From Candidatus Marinacidobacterales bacterium (lineage in GTDB: Bacteria; Acidobacteriota; Vicinamibacteria; Marinacidobacterales; DATDRI01): DNA of 64,000 nt. The stretch covers positions 2,176,001 through 2,240,000 of the forward strand of contig CBDCNP010000002.1 of the NCBI GenBank assembly GCA_965219415.1. The letters run 5' to 3'. A program made the translations under genes and the position numbers. This document shows, piece after piece, positions 28,149 to 38,697 of this stretch. The notes beneath the pieces were generated by a model, which was not told the DNA's origin, ran no database searches, and saw nothing but the letters and a program-made list of their open reading frames with translations. Each line of letters starts with the position of its first letter. Positions within the stretch are counted from its first letter, which is position 1.

Positions 28149-29092
28149 GGTGGCTCCGCCCAGGGGCAGTGGCGATCGCGGTGGTGACGCTCTCCATGCT
28201 TCCATTCGCCCTGAGGGGACGTCCCTACCTCCTTCACCTCGTTATCCTCTGCTTGCTCTACGTTTGCTTCGCGAGCGCTTGGAATATCGTCGGCGGTTTT
28301 ATCGGACAAATCTCGTTTGGCCACGCCGCTTTCGTCGGCATCGGCGCCTATACGACTGCCCTGCTGTGGCTGCGGCTCGACGTGCACCCCATTTTCACGA
28401 TGCCGGTCGCGGGGTTGCTCGCCGCTGCCTATGGATGGCTCTGGGGCTGGCCGTGCTTGCGTCTCACGGGCCCGTACTTTGCGATCGCGACCATCGGCGT
28501 CGGTGAGGCGACGCGATTGGTGATGAACAATCTCGAAGTGACCGGCGGCTCTTCCGGGCTCACCCTGCCGACCCCTGAGTCCTACAGCCGGCTCCCGGAC
28601 TACTACCTAGTAGTCTGCTTGGCGGCGATAACAGTGGGGACGTCCCTATGGATCGCTCACTCTCGATTCGGGTTGGGACTCCGCGCGATTCGCGACGACC
28701 GCGACGTGGCCGAATCGCTGGGAGTTCCCACCGCCCGCTACCAACTCTATGCCCTCTCCATCTCTAGCTTTCTCGCCGGAATGGCCGGTAGCTTCTATGC
28801 TCAATACATCTTTTTCGTCGTACCGGAAGAAGTCTTCGGTTTCGATCTCTCGATCAGCATGATCCTGATGGCGCTCATCGGCGGTTTGGGAACGATCCTT
28901 GGACCGGTGGCAGGCGCGGTTTTGTTCTTGCTCCTCGAGCAACTCGTACTAATCAGCTTTCCGAATCTTCACCTCGGAACCTTCGGGTTATTGCTCATTG
29001 CGATCGTTCTCTTCGAGCCGCACGGAGTGGGGGGTGTCTTGCGGCGTGTACGCGACCGCGTGTTTAGGGAGTCCGCACGTGACGCTTCTTGA
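28145..29092 (+). CDS. LivM-like ABC permease
   Basis: WNIVGGFIGQISFGHAAF, LRLTGPYFAIAT, AIRDD..VAESLGV, IGGLGT..GP. ATG 28145 overlaps the upstream stop. Confidence 0.9.
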   Translation: MRWLRPGAVAIAVVTLSMLPFALRGRPYLLHLVILCLLYVCFASAWNIVGGFIGQISFGHAAFVGIGAYTTALLWLRLDVHPIFTMPVAGLLAAAYGWLWGWPCLRLTGPYFAIATIGVGEATRLVMNNLEVTGGSSGLTLPTPESYSRLPDYYLVVCLAAITVGTSLWIAHSRFGLGLRAIRDDRDVAESLGVPTARYQLYALSISSFLAGMAGSFYAQYIFFVVPEEVFGFDLSISMILMALIGGLGTILGPVAGAVLFLLLEQLVLISFPNLHLGTFGLLLIAIVLFEPHGVGGVLRRVRDRVFRESARDAS

Positions 29093-29822
29093 GGTTCGAG
29101 GATTGAGTCGCCGCTTTGGCGGCTTGATGGCCGTCAGCGGCTTGGACCTTCGGGTAGAGCAGGGCGAGATCTTAGGTCTCATTGGTCCCAACGGGGCCGG
29201 AAAGACAACCGTGTTCAGCATGCTGAGCGGGGGGCTTCAGCCGACCGGGGGCGACATTCACTTCAAAGGAAGGCGACTCGATGGTCTCCCGCCTCACCAA
29301 GTGGCGGAGCGGGGACTCGTTCGCACCCATCAACTCGCGAGACCCTTCGCAAATTTGAGCGTTCTGGGGAACGTTTTGGTCGGAGCCTCGTTCGGACATC
29401 GAGAGCGTCCCTTGCACGACGCCCGCAGCCCCCGGCGGGACGCCATGCGCGTTCTGGAGATGACTGACCTCCTCAGCAAGGCCGATCAACCGGCCAGCGC
29501 GTTGACGCTTCCAGACCGAAAGCGTCTCGAGATCGCCCGAGCTCTGGCTACTCGTCCGGAGCTCCTTCTTTTGGACGAAATGGCGGCGGGATTGACTCCT
29601 TCCGAGCTCGCGAAAGCGATCACGTTGCTACGCTCGATCCGCGAGCAGGGTACCAGCCTTGTCTTCACCGAGCATGTGATCAAGGCGGTCATGGATCTCT
29701 CGGATCGCATCGTGGTGCTCGACCATGGGGAGAAGATCGCCGAAGGAGCGCCCGAAGCGATCGTTCAGAATCCCCGCGTCGTAGAGGCTTACCTCGGGAG
29801 TCGGGACAGAAAGGTCACTTAG
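29079..29822 (+). CDS. LivG-like ABC ATP-binding protein
   Basis: FGGLMAV, GPNGAGKTT, LLLDE, VVEAYLG. Start GTG 29079. Confidence 0.9.
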   Translation: MTLLEVRGLSRRFGGLMAVSGLDLRVEQGEILGLIGPNGAGKTTVFSMLSGGLQPTGGDIHFKGRRLDGLPPHQVAERGLVRTHQLARPFANLSVLGNVLVGASFGHRERPLHDARSPRRDAMRVLEMTDLLSKADQPASALTLPDRKRLEIARALATRPELLLLDEMAAGLTPSELAKAITLLRSIREQGTSLVFTEHVIKAVMDLSDRIVVLDHGEKIAEGAPEAIVQNPRVVEAYLGSRDRKVT

Positions 29823-29823
29823 G

Positions 29824-30543
29824 TTGACCGAGACCACCAGGATGCTAAGGGTCGACAACGTTTCGGTGTCCTACGGTGACGTGCCGGCGCTAACCGGCGT
29901 CTCACTCGAAGTGGGCGAAGGCGAAGTGGTGAGCCTCATCGGAGCCAACGGCGCGGGCAAGACGACGCTCCTCGAAACCCTCGCCGGGCTGAACCATCCA
30001 CGGAACGGTTCCATTCGGCTTCACGGGGAAAACCTTATCCTCCCTCCTCACCAAATAGTCGAGCGCGGAGTGGCCCTGGTGCCGGAGGGGCGGCGCTTGT
30101 GGCCACGAATGACGGTTCGAGAGAATTTGGAGCTCGGCACATATTCGGCCAGAGCGCGTCCTCATCGTCGAGAAAGCGCCGAATGGATCCTGGAACTATT
30201 TCCGCGCCTCCGAGAGAGACAACGCCAGGTCGCGGGAACTCTCTCGGGGGGTGAGCAGCAAATGGCAGCGATAGCCCGCGCTCTCATGTCACGTCCGCGG
30301 CTGCTCCTACTGGACGAGCCGTCCCTCGGGCTGGCACCACGCGTCGTTCAAGAAGTCTTCGAGGTGGTTGAGAAAATCAGCAAACAGAGCGTCACCATTC
30401 TGCTCGTCGAGCAGAACCTCCACCAAGCCTTGGCCATTTCCAAACGCGGCTACGTGTTGGAAACGGGACGGATCGTGAGAGAAGGACGGAGCGCCGATCT
30501 CGCTGCGGACGAGTCGATTCGATCCGCCTACCTCGGCCTATAG
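29824..30543 (+). CDS. LivF-like ABC ATP-binding protein
   Basis: GANGAGKTT, LSGGEQQM, LLLDEPSLGLAP, AYLG. Confidence 0.92.
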   Translation: MTETTRMLRVDNVSVSYGDVPALTGVSLEVGEGEVVSLIGANGAGKTTLLETLAGLNHPRNGSIRLHGENLILPPHQIVERGVALVPEGRRLWPRMTVRENLELGTYSARARPHRRESAEWILELFPRLRERQRQVAGTLSGGEQQMAAIARALMSRPRLLLLDEPSLGLAPRVVQEVFEVVEKISKQSVTILLVEQNLHQALAISKRGYVLETGRIVREGRSADLAADESIRSAYLGL

Positions 30544-30606
30544 ACTCTTAGGTTGTGATGGACGCCAAACCGTCGAGTTGCCGCTATCAGCCGAGCCAGG
30601 CGTCTC

Positions 30607-30776
30607 TTAGGACTGGATCCAATCCGTCAGGTAGACGTACTGGCCTTCATCAGGCGTACGGAGTCGAATCCATGATGACTCTGAGGCGTGAACTCGTAGG
30701 TGACGCCCAGAACGTTATCAGAATAGGTCAGGTTCTCGAGTGCGTAGATCAACCTAATCCGAGTCAAGTCCTCGCC
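30607..30776 (-). pseudogene. 3' remnant of an ABC substrate-binding protein gene cut by the IS
   Basis: Starting at the IS end, the minus strand reads GEDLTRIRLIYALENLTYSDNVLGVTYEFTPQSHHGFDSVRLMK / QYVYLTDWIQS*, which resembles the C-terminus of Leu/Ile/Val-type binding proteins. Confidence 0.5.
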
Positions 30777-30806
30777 TGAACCGCCCCGGGTTTTCCGGAG
30801 ACTGTT

Positions 30807-31803
<997 letters not shown>

Positions 31804-32124
31804 TCACCTCGGTCGGCGGTCGAGCTCCGCCTGGGCGAAAAACGCCGACGCCTTGAGAAGGATCTCGTTCGCCCCCTTTAGCTCACGGTTCTCTCGCTCA
31901 AGCTCCTTCAGCCGCTGACCCTCGTCCGTCGTCAGTCCCGCTCGTTTCCCAGCATCACGCTCTGCTCGACGCACCCACGTGCGTAGCGTTTCCCGCGTAC
32001 AGTCAATCTTCGACGCAATCGATGAGATCGCTGACCACTGAGATTCCTGCTCAGCCTGCTGGTCGATAACCATCCCCACTGCGCGCTCTTTTACCTCCGG
32101 TGAATACCTCCTTCGTCTTGTCAT
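31804..32124 (-). CDS. IS3 transposase OrfA
   Basis: RRYSPEVKERAV...ETLRTWVR...LKELERENRELKGANEILLKASAFFAQAELDR. Confidence 0.92.
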   Translation of the reverse strand: MTRRRRYSPEVKERAVGMVIDQQAEQESQWSAISSIASKIDCTRETLRTWVRRAERDAGKRAGLTTDEGQRLKELERENRELKGANEILLKASAFFAQAELDRRPR

Positions 32125-32363
32125 GACTCCATCCTCTCAAGAGGTGGAGTCTCCGGGAAACCCGGGGCGGTTCAATTCCTGCCTGCGGACCTGGCTTGGG
32201 CCCAGACAGGTCAAGGGGGAGCCTCGTCCCCTCCTGATACGGCTGGCTCCCCAAAGCCCGCGATCCTAGCACGAACGCACGGCCGCGTCGCAGGCTATTA
32301 CTGGCCAAAGTTCATGCTATACTTTTTTCGCTTCCATCCAGGTAAAAACGAGGTGAAACCGAT

Positions 32364-32558
32364 ATGAGCGACGACCTCGAAGTCGAAAGCGATGTGTTCA
32401 TGGAGGGCGGCGTTCTCTATTGCATTTGTGGTCAGCCGATAGAGCAAGAAGAAGCCGTTCCACTCATCGAGACCGAAGGGGGAAAACAGTTCATCGCCTG
32501 CCCCACCTGTGACATGAAACACTGGGCAGAAGGTGGGATGTTCACGCTAGAGGACTAG
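32364..32558 (+). CDS. Small acidic zinc-ribbon-like protein (64 aa)
   Basis: CICG and CPTC pairs. GAGGTG SD, and TGcTATACT extended -10 about 40 nt upstream. Confidence 0.65.
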   Translation: MSDDLEVESDVFMEGGVLYCICGQPIEQEEAVPLIETEGGKQFIACPTCDMKHWAEGGMFTLED

Positions 32559-32718
32559 CGCTACCGTTTCGACCCCGCGGGTGGCGCGCCCTTTGGATCC
32601 CGTCAGGCGCCCGTAGATCGTGCCGGGCCCCAAAACACGGAGTGCCATGGGGCGCCAAAATGCGCGGTTGCTAGTGGCGGACCCAGCCAGGCGTCGGCCG
32701 GTGACGGCTTCCAGCCCG

Positions 32719-32740
32719 AAAACAACCCCCCTGCGGGGGG
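32719..32740 (-). terminator. Intrinsic terminator downstream of the H1-like gene
   Basis: Minus strand CCCCCC-GCA-GGGGGG followed by TTGTTTT, about 65 nt after the stop at 32805. Confidence 0.55.
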
Positions 32741-32804
32741 AACGCCCGATCCTGCCAGCGCTCCCCCCTTCAAGGGGTCGATACGAATTCAGGGACCGGA
32801 ATCC

Positions 32805-33326
32805 CTAGAAATCGTTAGAGCCACCGCCACCGGCATCGTCGCCCGAGTCTCCCTCACCCGAGCTACCGCTACCCCCTGATTCTGAACCCCAGCCACTAGT
32901 ACTCGGGGCCGGTGTCGACCAGGGGCTCGGAGGTGGTACCACCGGTGCCGGTGCAGGCGCCGGTTTGGGTCTGGGCTTAGGCTTCGAAGCCGATTTCCGC
33001 TTGGGCGCCGATCGCTTTGTCGCCTTTCTCTTGGCCTTCTTCTTGGTCTTCCTCCGGGTGGGCCGCTTCTTGGTCTTGCGGCCCTTGCGCTTCGCTGGCT
33101 TGCGCTTGGTCTTCCGGCGAGCCTTCTTCCCCTTCTTTTTAGCTTTCTTCTTCCTAGCTGGTTTCCGGCGGGCCGTCTTCCGGGCCTTCTTCCTAGCCTT
33201 CTTTTTCCCTCGCCGGCCCCGCTTGGCTACCTTTCTTGCTTTCTTCTTCCGGGTGACCTTGCGTTTCGCGGTCTTCTTTTTCTTACGTGCCTTGGTCTTC
33301 TTCTTTTTTCTCTTCTTTTTCTTCAT
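32805..33326 (-). CDS. Histone H1/protamine-like Lys/Arg-rich protein
   Basis: About 120 aa dominated by K/R/A/T, then a Pro-rich linker and a Gly/Ser/Asp tail. GGAGGT SD, own promoter and terminator. Confidence 0.8.
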   Translation of the reverse strand: MKKKKRKKKKTKARKKKKTAKRKVTRKKKARKVAKRGRRGKKKARKKARKTARRKPARKKKAKKKGKKARRKTKRKPAKRKGRKTKKRPTRRKTKKKAKRKATKRSAPKRKSASKPKPRPKPAPAPAPVVPPPSPWSTPAPSTSGWGSESGGSGSSGEGDSGDDAGGGGSNDF

Positions 33327-33473
33327 TTGAGCTGACTACCTCCATCAACAACCGAGCTTAGTCCACCTGGCTCTCATGGTCGGCCTTCTATTGAACTGCG
33401 TCGGAAAACAACCGCATAATTGATCAGAAGATTGCTATTCACCGACCGGGACCTTTTTCTCAAACGCAAAATC

Positions 33474-33521
33474 ATTGTAAGGGTCATTCCATTGAAGTGT
33501 CAAAGGCGTTCTTATTACAAT
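33474..33521. promoter_or_regulatory. Overlapping divergent sigma70-like promoters
   Basis: Minus strand: TTGACA(33503-33498)-18-TACAAT(33479-33474). Plus strand: TTGAAG(33492-33497)-18-TACAAT(33516-33521). Confidence 0.55.
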
Positions 33522-33548
33522 CACGCTTCCAAGTAAAGACAGGAAACG

Positions 33549-34400
33549 ATGCTGAGACGCCTTTCCAACTATCGCCACTTCGTCAAGATCGAGCATACGC
33601 TCTTCTCCTTTCCACTGCTTTTGAGTGGAGCACTGCTGGCCGGTAACCAATCCTTGAGTCTCAGAACGTTCGTCCTCATCCTAATCGCCGGAACGGGCGC
33701 TAGAACCGCGGCCTTGGGCTTGAATCGCATATTCGATCGCCATCTCGATCGGGCCAACCCTCGAACCGCGGGGCGGGAACTGCCACGAGGGGCCATGACG
33801 CCTGCAGAAGCCTGGCTCATTACCTCAATAGGGACAGTCGTTTACCTCTTGGCCGCCTATCTCATCTCGCCTCGGTGCCTGCTGCTTGCCCCAATACCCT
33901 TGGCGGTTTTCGTCATCTATCCACTCATGAAGCGGGTGACGATGTGGGCTCACCTAGGCGTCGGCCTCGCATTAAGCATGGCTCCGATCGGGGCTTGGTA
34001 CGCCGTCTCGCTCAGTTTGCGAGACATGGGGCCCGTTCTGGTCCTCGGGCTTTTCACCGTTTTTTGGGTGTCCGGTTTCGACATCATTTACTCAACCCTC
34101 GATGAAGCGCACGATCGCCAAGCCGGGTTGCATTCCTTGCCGGCTCGATTGGGACGCCAGAAAGCACTTGCGGTCTCCGCGTTGTTCCATGTGTTGGCGT
34201 TTTGCTGCCTGGCTGTACTTTATTGGTTAGAGCTCCGGGGTGTAGCGTCCGGGCTTTTGCTACTGGTTACCGGAGCGCTACTTTACCTGGAGCATCGAAA
34301 TTCGGCCGATGTCGATTTGGCCTTCTTCAAGATCAATACCGTCCTTGGCTTCGTGGTGCTTGCTTTCGTCTATGCAGGCGTCTCGGTGTCGCTCCCTTAG
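33549..34400 (+). CDS. mqnP: UbiA-like polyprenyltransferase of the futalosine menaquinone pathway
   Basis: VKIEHTLFSFP, ARTAALGLNRIFDRHLDRANPRTAGRELP, GFDIIYSTLD. Adjacent to mqnE/A/C. Confidence 0.82.
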   Translation: MLRRLSNYRHFVKIEHTLFSFPLLLSGALLAGNQSLSLRTFVLILIAGTGARTAALGLNRIFDRHLDRANPRTAGRELPRGAMTPAEAWLITSIGTVVYLLAAYLISPRCLLLAPIPLAVFVIYPLMKRVTMWAHLGVGLALSMAPIGAWYAVSLSLRDMGPVLVLGLFTVFWVSGFDIIYSTLDEAHDRQAGLHSLPARLGRQKALAVSALFHVLAFCCLAVLYWLELRGVASGLLLLVTGALLYLEHRNSADVDLAFFKINTVLGFVVLAFVYAGVSVSLP

Positions 34401-34641
34401 CGCACTCGGGCGCTGCCAGCCTGCAAGGGATGTCCGGCCGAACCGCTCCATTCGGAGCCATCGAAGCTCTGCTGGTTTTGTGGCAGCCCTCGCCACTCGC
34501 GTTGCTATCCGGTTCCAATCAGCGCTTACGGCGCCATCTTCAGAAGTCGGCTTGCCATCCAGGCTTCGCCCGGTACTAGAATGGGCTCGGGGGATGTGAG
34601 AAAATCTCGAGTCTTGAAGTAAAGGGGGCCTAATTTCGACC

Positions 34642-35799
34642 ATGCGCAACGCTCGTAACAGCGGTAAAGTGGACCCGCGAGACTCCCCAGACGTGCCAGA
34701 TCTGGACATAGAACTGCGACCCATCGAGTTCCAGGACCAAGCCCTTGCTCCGATATGGGAGAAAGTGGCTCAAAATAAAAGACTTGATCGTGAGGACGGG
34801 CTGACCATCCTCAATACATGGGACCTCGGCGCCCTGGGCCGTATGGCGGACCACGTCAAGCGAACCAAGAGCGGGGACTACGTCTATTTCGTCATCAACC
34901 GTCAGCTCAATCCGACGAACGTTTGCGTCCTCGACTGCAAGTTTTGTGACTTCGCCGCCAAGCCCAAAGACCCGCACGCCTACGAGATGTCCATGGACGA
35001 GGTTTTGAGCCGCTGCAGCGACGAGCTCTCGGAGGTGCACATTGTAGGAGGTCTCCATCCAACGTGGCCATTCGAGAAGTACCTGGACATTCAGCGAGCG
35101 ATTCACGAGGCACACCCCAAGATCCAAATCAAAGCGTGGACCGCAGTCGAAATCGATTGGTTCGCTCAAATCGCCAACTTGTCTATCGAAGAGGTGCTGG
35201 GCCAACTTCGAGAAGCAGGCCTGGCATCGCTACCGGGCGGAGGGGCCGAGGTGTTTTCGGCACGTGTACGGGACGAGCTTTTCAAAAGAAAGATCGGGGA
35301 GGAACGTTGGTTCGAGGTGCATCGCATAGCCCACCGCATGGGTATACCGTCGAATGCGACGCTGCTCTACGGACACATCGAAACCTACCAGGAGCGGGTC
35401 GACCACATGCTCAAGCTGCGGGAGCAGCAGGATGAAGCGCCGGGGTTTCTCTCCTTCATACCCCTCGCGTTCCAGCCAGGGCACACCGGCATCGTCGACC
35501 GCCAGGTGTCCCCAATCGAAGACCTGCGAACCGTCGCCTGCGCCCGGCTGCTCCTTGACAACTTTCCTCACATCAAGTCCTACTGGATCATGTTGGGCGA
35601 GGAGACCGCGTCGGTCGCTCTCAACTTCGGTGCGAACGACCTCGACGGAACGATTGGTGAAGAGCGTATCGCTCACGCCGCACTTGCCAAGAGCCCGATA
35701 GGGTTAGCGAGAGACAGGCTGGTGGATATGATCACCGAAGCGGGCAAAGTGCCCGTCGAGCGAGACGCACTCTACGAAGTGATCCGAGTGTACAACTAG
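34642..35799 (+). CDS. mqnE: Aminofutalosine synthase (radical SAM)
   Basis: NPTNVCVLDCKFC, EVHIVGGLHP, TAVEI, PGGGAEVF, LDNFPHIKSYWIM, DLDGT..EERI.HAA, VERD.LY. Confidence 0.9.
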   Translation: MRNARNSGKVDPRDSPDVPDLDIELRPIEFQDQALAPIWEKVAQNKRLDREDGLTILNTWDLGALGRMADHVKRTKSGDYVYFVINRQLNPTNVCVLDCKFCDFAAKPKDPHAYEMSMDEVLSRCSDELSEVHIVGGLHPTWPFEKYLDIQRAIHEAHPKIQIKAWTAVEIDWFAQIANLSIEEVLGQLREAGLASLPGGGAEVFSARVRDELFKRKIGEERWFEVHRIAHRMGIPSNATLLYGHIETYQERVDHMLKLREQQDEAPGFLSFIPLAFQPGHTGIVDRQVSPIEDLRTVACARLLLDNFPHIKSYWIMLGEETASVALNFGANDLDGTIGEERIAHAALAKSPIGLARDRLVDMITEAGKVPVERDALYEVIRVYN

Positions 35800-35812
35800 G
35801 CCCCGTCTCCCG

Positions 35813-36595
35813 ATGTCGCTCGTCATAGGACAAATCTCCTACCTCAACTCGCAGCCCTTCTATCCACTTCTTGGAGAGCACCGCTTGTTGGCTATGCCGC
35901 CCCGGGAGCTTGGCCGGCTAGCGGAGCGGGGCGAGATCGACACCGGCATCATGGCTACTGCGGACTTTCTCGCGCTCGAGTCCCTCTACGAGCCGGCGGC
36001 AGACCTCGGGATCGCGAACCACGAGGAAGTGCGGAGCATCCTGCTTTACAGCCATCGCCCCCTCTCGACGCTCGAGGGAGCGACGATTGGGGTCACCGAA
36101 GAGACCTCCACCTCCATTTGCCTGCTTCGATTGCTCCTCGAGGTGCGAGAAGGTATTCGCCCTCAAGGATACGTGCGCGGGCTTCGCGAGGAGGGTGACG
36201 CTTTTCTACTCATTGGGAACGAGGCTCTCCGCAGCCACAACCGTCCACCCGCCGATTTCGAGCACCGCTACGACCTGGCCAAGGAATGGTGGAACTGGAA
36301 GCAACTACCGTTCGTTTTCGCCCTCTGGACGATCAAACGATCGGTACCCGCCGCAGAGAAGCAGGCGTTTCGCGAGCTCTTGGACCGCTCGCTGGCCAAG
36401 GGCATGGCGCAGATCGACGAGATAGCGGCTCGATACGCGGGAGAGCTCGGCTCGGCCGAGGCACTGGCGTCTTATCTCAGAAACTTCCACTACCGGTTGG
36501 GGCCCGAGGAGAAGCGAGGACTCGAGGAGTTTCGGAGACTGGTCCAGGAGAATCGGATCCTCGAACCCGTGGCGACAGACAGGGGAGCGGTGTGA
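35813..36595 (+). CDS. mqnA: Chorismate dehydratase
   Basis: IGQISYLNSQP, V.SILLYS, TSTSICL, LLIGNEAL, YDLAKEW...LPFVFALW. Confidence 0.88.
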   Translation: MSLVIGQISYLNSQPFYPLLGEHRLLAMPPRELGRLAERGEIDTGIMATADFLALESLYEPAADLGIANHEEVRSILLYSHRPLSTLEGATIGVTEETSTSICLLRLLLEVREGIRPQGYVRGLREEGDAFLLIGNEALRSHNRPPADFEHRYDLAKEWWNWKQLPFVFALWTIKRSVPAAEKQAFRELLDRSLAKGMAQIDEIAARYAGELGSAEALASYLRNFHYRLGPEEKRGLEEFRRLVQENRILEPVATDRGAV

Positions 36596-37680
36596 AGACG
36601 ACCTTGGGCATGGAGTCGATTCAAGAAAAAGTCCGTGCCGGCGAGCGCGTCTCGCCCGAGGAAGGGTTGTACTTGTTGCGGGATGCGCCGGTCCTCGAGC
36701 TAGGTCAGTTGGCAATGGAAATCCGCAGACGGCGGAATCCCGATCCGGTGATCACGTACGTGGTGGATACCAACCCCAACTACACAAACGTTTGCGATGT
36801 CGATTGCACGTTCTGTGCTTTCTACCGACCGCCGGGACACGCCGAGGCCTACACCTACTCGATCGAGGAGATGGTCGACAGGATCGGAAGGTCGGTGGCC
36901 ATGGGCGTCACCACCGTCCTCATGCAAGGTGGTGTGAGCCCAGAAATCCCATTCGACTACTACCCCGACATGGTGCGGGCAGTTCGAGAGCGCTTCCCGG
37001 AGGTGACTCCGCATTTTTGGTCGGCCCCCGAAATCCAAGGGATGGCCAAGGTCTCGGGGTTGACCACAAAGGAAGTGTTGGCACGGCTCAAGGAAGCCGG
37101 GCAGTTCACGTTACCGGGAGGCGGAGCAGAAATCCTCTCCGATCGCGTGCGGCGCAAGATCTCGCACAAGAAGGGCGGCGCGAACACATGGCTAGACGTG
37201 CATCGTGAAGCGCACGAGCTTGGATTCCGTACCACCGCCACCATGATGTACGGTCACGTGGAAACCGATGAGGACATCGTCCAACATCTTTCGAGCATCC
37301 GTGAGCTTCAGGACCTCCATCGAGGCTTCACCGCTTTCGTCCCTTGGAGCTTCAAGCCGGGGAATACGCCACTTCTCATCAAGATTCCGCGACACGCGGG
37401 GCCGAACCGCTACCTGCGCGTCCTGGCCGCATCGCGCATCTACTTGGATAACTTCGAGCACATCCAGGCCTCTTGGTTCTCGGAGGGCAAGAAGGCGGGG
37501 CAAATCGCGCTCCACTGGGGGGCCGACGACTTTGGTGGCACGCTCTTCGAAGAAAACGTCCACGCTTGTACCGGCTTCGTTAACAAGACGTCAACCGAGG
37601 AAATTCAGACCCTCATCACGGAGGCTGGATTCCAACCCGCTCAGCGAACCACGCTCTACGAGATGGTCGCCCGCAACTGA
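36592..37680 (+). CDS. mqnC: Cyclic dehypoxanthine futalosine synthase (radical SAM)
   Basis: TYVVDTNPNYTNVCDVDCTFCAFYR, LMQGG, PGGGAEIL, TATMMYG, HIQASW, DDFGGTLFEENV. Start GTG 36592. Confidence 0.9.
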   Translation: MKTTLGMESIQEKVRAGERVSPEEGLYLLRDAPVLELGQLAMEIRRRRNPDPVITYVVDTNPNYTNVCDVDCTFCAFYRPPGHAEAYTYSIEEMVDRIGRSVAMGVTTVLMQGGVSPEIPFDYYPDMVRAVRERFPEVTPHFWSAPEIQGMAKVSGLTTKEVLARLKEAGQFTLPGGGAEILSDRVRRKISHKKGGANTWLDVHREAHELGFRTTATMMYGHVETDEDIVQHLSSIRELQDLHRGFTAFVPWSFKPGNTPLLIKIPRHAGPNRYLRVLAASRIYLDNFEHIQASWFSEGKKAGQIALHWGADDFGGTLFEENVHACTGFVNKTSTEEIQTLITEAGFQPAQRTTLYEMVARN

Positions 37681-37684
37681 CGGC

Positions 37685-38680
37685 CTACTCGACCTTGAGG
37701 GGACGACTCATTAGCTCGCGAATCGCTTCCGCGGGCGTTGTCTCTCCATTGAGTAGCCGATCCATCTGAAACGTGATGGGCATCTCGACACCGTGCGCTT
37801 TCGCGAGCGACAAAGTGGCGTGAGTGGTCGGGACCCCCTCCGCCACCATTCGCATCGAGGTCAGGATATCTTCGAGGGACTTGCCCTTCCCGAGCTCGTA
37901 GCCGACGGTGCGGTTACGAGAAAGGTTGCCAGTGCAGGTCAATACCAAATCCCCCATTCCAGCGAGCCCGGCCAGCGTTTCCCTTCGCCCACCTAGCGCC
38001 ACGCTCAAACGAGAAATCTCCGCCAAGCCTCGGGTGATGAGCGCGGCGACTGGATTGTGCCCCAGGCCCAGCCCCGCCGAGACCCCGGCCGCGATGGCGA
38101 TGACGTTCTTTACCGCTCCTCCCAATTCCACACCAACCACGTCGTCGTTGGTGTAGACGCGAAGGGTCAACGAAGACAACTCCTCCTGAACTTTCTGTGC
38201 GAGATTCGGCCGGCTACTCGCGGCAACGAGGGCGGTGGGCTGTTCCTCCGCGACTTCCCGTGCGAAGGTCGGTCCAGAGAGCGCGACCACGCCGGGACCC
38301 AAGCGATCACTCATGACCTGCTCGATGACCTCGCTCATGCGCAACAAGCTCTTCTCCTCGATCCCCTTGGTGGCACTTACCAGGAGAGCATCGGCAGGAA
38401 CGTTCGGAGCTGCCCGCTCCAGAACCCTCCTCAAGTATTGAGAAGGCACGGCGGTCAGTACGACCTCGGCATCGCGCGTTGCTTCCGCGAGGTCATTAGT
38501 GGGTTCCAGGGTTGCGGGAAGCTCCACACCAGGAAGGAAGATTTCGTTGGCCCGCCGGTTCCGTATGGAGTCGACGACCTCGGCCTCGTTCGCCCAGAGG
38601 CGCACTTGGTGATCTAGTCGGGCCGCGAGGCGGGCGAGAGCGGTACCCCACCCACCCGCTCCAATGACAGCGATACGCAT
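37685..38680 (-). CDS. gpsA: NAD(P)H-dependent glycerol-3-phosphate dehydrogenase
   Basis: GAGGWGTALA, ATKGIE, SGPTFA.EV, KNVIAIAAG, GMGDLVLTCTGNLSRN. Confidence 0.95.
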   Translation of the reverse strand: MRIAVIGAGGWGTALARLAARLDHQVRLWANEAEVVDSIRNRRANEIFLPGVELPATLEPTNDLAEATRDAEVVLTAVPSQYLRRVLERAAPNVPADALLVSATKGIEEKSLLRMSEVIEQVMSDRLGPGVVALSGPTFAREVAEEQPTALVAASSRPNLAQKVQEELSSLTLRVYTNDDVVGVELGGAVKNVIAIAAGVSAGLGLGHNPVAALITRGLAEISRLSVALGGRRETLAGLAGMGDLVLTCTGNLSRNRTVGYELGKGKSLEDILTSMRMVAEGVPTTHATLSLAKAHGVEMPITFQMDRLLNGETTPAEAIRELMSRPLKVE

Positions 38681-38697
38681 CGAAGCGGCCTTCCGCC

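Noticed and set aside
32965-33330. Phe/Leu/Arg-rich plus-strand ORF resembling a membrane protein
   Set aside because: Antisense of the Lys-rich gene. SD, promoter and terminator all support the minus strand.
34401-34641. Possible riboswitch or ncRNA between mqnP and mqnE
   Set aside because: Only a short GCTGCCA/TGGCAGC complement, expected by chance at this GC content. No recognisable family consensus.
33549-37680. Two radical SAM genes as a possible novel natural-product cluster
   Set aside because: Motifs and neighbours match the known futalosine menaquinone pathway (MqnE, MqnC, MqnA, prenyltransferase).
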